Source of the DNA: Selaginella moellendorffii
Taxonomy: Eukaryota; Plantae; Lycopodiophyta
Length of the DNA: 64,000 bases
NCBI RefSeq assembly: GCF_000143415.4
Contig: NW_003314320.1
Coordinates: 662,183-726,182 of the forward strand
Direction: 5' to 3'
Both the position numbers and the translations under genes were made by a program. Every line of letters begins with the position of its first letter. Position 1 is the stretch's first letter. Positions 61,708 through 64,000 of this stretch are shown here, piece by piece. A model generated the notes under the pieces. That model made no database searches, was not told the DNA's origin, and worked only from the letters and a program-made list of their open reading frames with translations.

Positions 61708-63624
61708 AGTGGAACCAATTTGGCAAAGAAATGCTAGTGTGGCTCAAAAAGGCTATACCGATGTGTTAAGTGATGATATAACCACTGGGAAGTCCAAGGC
61801 TAGAGTGGATACAGACAGATAAGTGAGGTAATTTAGTGAACTGTTCAAAAGCTGGCTCTAGCTCATATGGGAGATCAAATGGTTGATGCTTTCAATCCAA
61901 GTATGGGTTTACTTGGATATCTAGTGTAGCTTAATAGAACCTCACTTTAGCCCCAAAACTAGAGCATCCAAAAGTGGAAGGTGGGAAAAGTACCCATGAG
62001 GCTCGTATAGGGCCATAGTGTTTCTAAATGTTGTCTCAAAATCCTAGACTGTGAAAAAGAAAAGGAGTAGTCCTTCGGTGTAGTGACCAAGGATACAGTC
62101 ACACGGTGAGGAAATCTCAAAGGACAGTAGAATTTAGTGGCCGGGCCTGTATGCCTTGACCTAGTGGATTGTGGGCAAAAAAAGACTATGGACAAAAAAG
62201 GACTTGGTGGAGACTGAAAAAGAGATATTAAGGAAGGTTGTCCCCCATATTTGCAGGCATTCTAAGAATGTTAAAGAGTGAATCTAGGATGACCACTCAT
62301 AAACAAATGGCCCAATTTTTGAGAGACAAGATTGTGCTGTAGGTAGTGTTAGATCACTGGTGTGACAAAAGTGAATAAGTGTGGTCTTAGTGTAATAGAT
62401 TGATATGTTGATGGTACTTTTATATAGCAATTATGAGATTGAATATGTGGAGCACTTGGACCAAATGCAAAGGTTAAATGGCATGGATGTTATTCTTGGG
62501 GCTAGCAAGCCCTAAGTCTGGAATAAGACTTATGGAGGCTGTGAGTGAGATTCCTTCAAGTGGTCGAAAGTGTGATTAAGTGACTAAAGTAAAATGGAAA
62601 ATTTAATCACTTACAAAAACACTCAAACACCAAAACTAATCAAAAACTTCATTAATAGAAGTAAAATTCTTAACTTCATGCATATGCTCAATATTTAAAT
62701 TAGTATGAGAATGACAAAAAACACTCAACTTAACATTGGGTTAAAAATGAGAATCATAAGAATTATAAATGATTGATGTACCAAAAGAAAGAAATATTGT
62801 AGATGGAAAAAAACACTAGAAACATGAGAAAGTGGTTTAGGCTGAGAAATAAGAAAAAGTTAGGAAAGAGTAGAGGTATATAGAGAAAGGATTATAATGG
62901 TAAATTGAAGGATTAACACCTACCCCATAAAATGTCCAACTTATGTCCAAAGCTATCTCTATAATAATTAAGCTCCTCATCATAATCCGAAATCCACTCA
63001 AGTTCATAAATATTTTTTCCCATAAACTTGATCTTTAAACATCCTCCAAAAATCAAATTACATCATATGTAACTCTTCAATTTACGTCACAATCACACTC
63101 AACATTAATAGGAAATGGTAGGACATTGAGAATAGGAGAAGTTGTATAATCACATCCTATAAAAATTGGAGATAGCAACTTACTAAGGATGGGCACAACA
63201 CCAATACAATCACCCCTTACAGCACCAAAAGTGCGATTGAATAAAGTAGCATCGGTAGCCTCAAGTGACATACCTTGTATGGCATGACAAAAAAAAGAAA
63301 ATGCAGTAAAAAGAAAAAAGAAAAAATAGATTAGATTGCTATAATCTTAGATTTGGTAAAAAACTATAATATATCTAGAGAAGAAAGGAAGAACAACAAA
63401 ACAAAAGTAATAGTAAATCTGGAACACTAAGCAAAGTATTGCAAAAAAGCTTTGCCCTCTAGGTATAAATTGCAATACCCCCTGAACACCAATATGACTA
63501 TTAGGGGTATGGGAATAAGTATATTAATTGGGGTTTAGACCCCTACTTATACTTATATCTTAAATGGACAATTTATATGTTATAGTATTATAATTAGCGT
63601 ATTACCTAGGCAAGGTAAAACATG

Positions 63625-63968
<344 letters not shown>

Positions 63969-64000
63969 AAATTGAGAGACATATAGGCTACAGCCGTGGA

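Larger units (their letters stand above)
54309..62615 (+). mobile_element. Older, diverged solo LTR of family A, split by element D and a sequence gap
   Basis: 54309-54440 matches the A LTR start (ATCCCTA..AAAGTGGAGC..GGGTGCCA..GGTAGTGGCCGAAG). ~61710-62615 matches the A LTR end (..AAGTGACTAAAGTA.AATGGAAAA..TTACA). No PBS follows. Confidence 0.8.

Noticed and set aside
54304-62620. TSD for the A-family solo LTR (GGAAT vs AAAAC)
   Set aside because: Three of five positions differ. All are transitions, but that is too weak to call.

Overview
Eukaryotic land-plant genomic DNA. The ~45-60 nt introns, tight gene spacing and gene content suggest a Selaginella-type lycophyte (inference). The window has two compartments. 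(1) 1-~23 kb is gene-dense: the 3' exon of a D6PK-like AGCVIII kinase, a DENN-domain protein, CFIm25/NUDT21, an unknown coiled-coil protein, a Sec14/CRAL-TRIO protein, a VAD1-like GRAM-VASt protein, an ARIADNE RBR E3 ligase and two tandem EPFL peptide genes. (2) ~27.7-64 kb is a nested LTR-retrotransposon island. Non-coding element A (30811-52893, TSD GATGA) contains a decayed chromodomain-bearing Ty3/Gypsy element B (34306-48859, minus). B's 5' LTR contains a young non-coding element C (41231-48481, TSD TTCAC). A second C-family copy, D (54441-61543, TSD GAGTG), sits inside an A-family solo LTR. The top observation is that B's integrase is interrupted by two short GT-AG, host-like intron candidates (36722-36762, 41 nt; 36252-36303, 52 nt). 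Precise removal restores the D-x35-E catalytic spacing and the GPY motif/chromodomain frame, suggesting a splicing-controlled integrase in a retroelement that would have to package unspliced RNA. Also notable are twin tRNA T-arm/B-box hairpins conserved in the 3' UTRs of A and B, a promoter-like core shared by all three LTR families, and a candidate non-AUG uORF ahead of the Sec14 gene. All calls come from manual reading; no searches were run.
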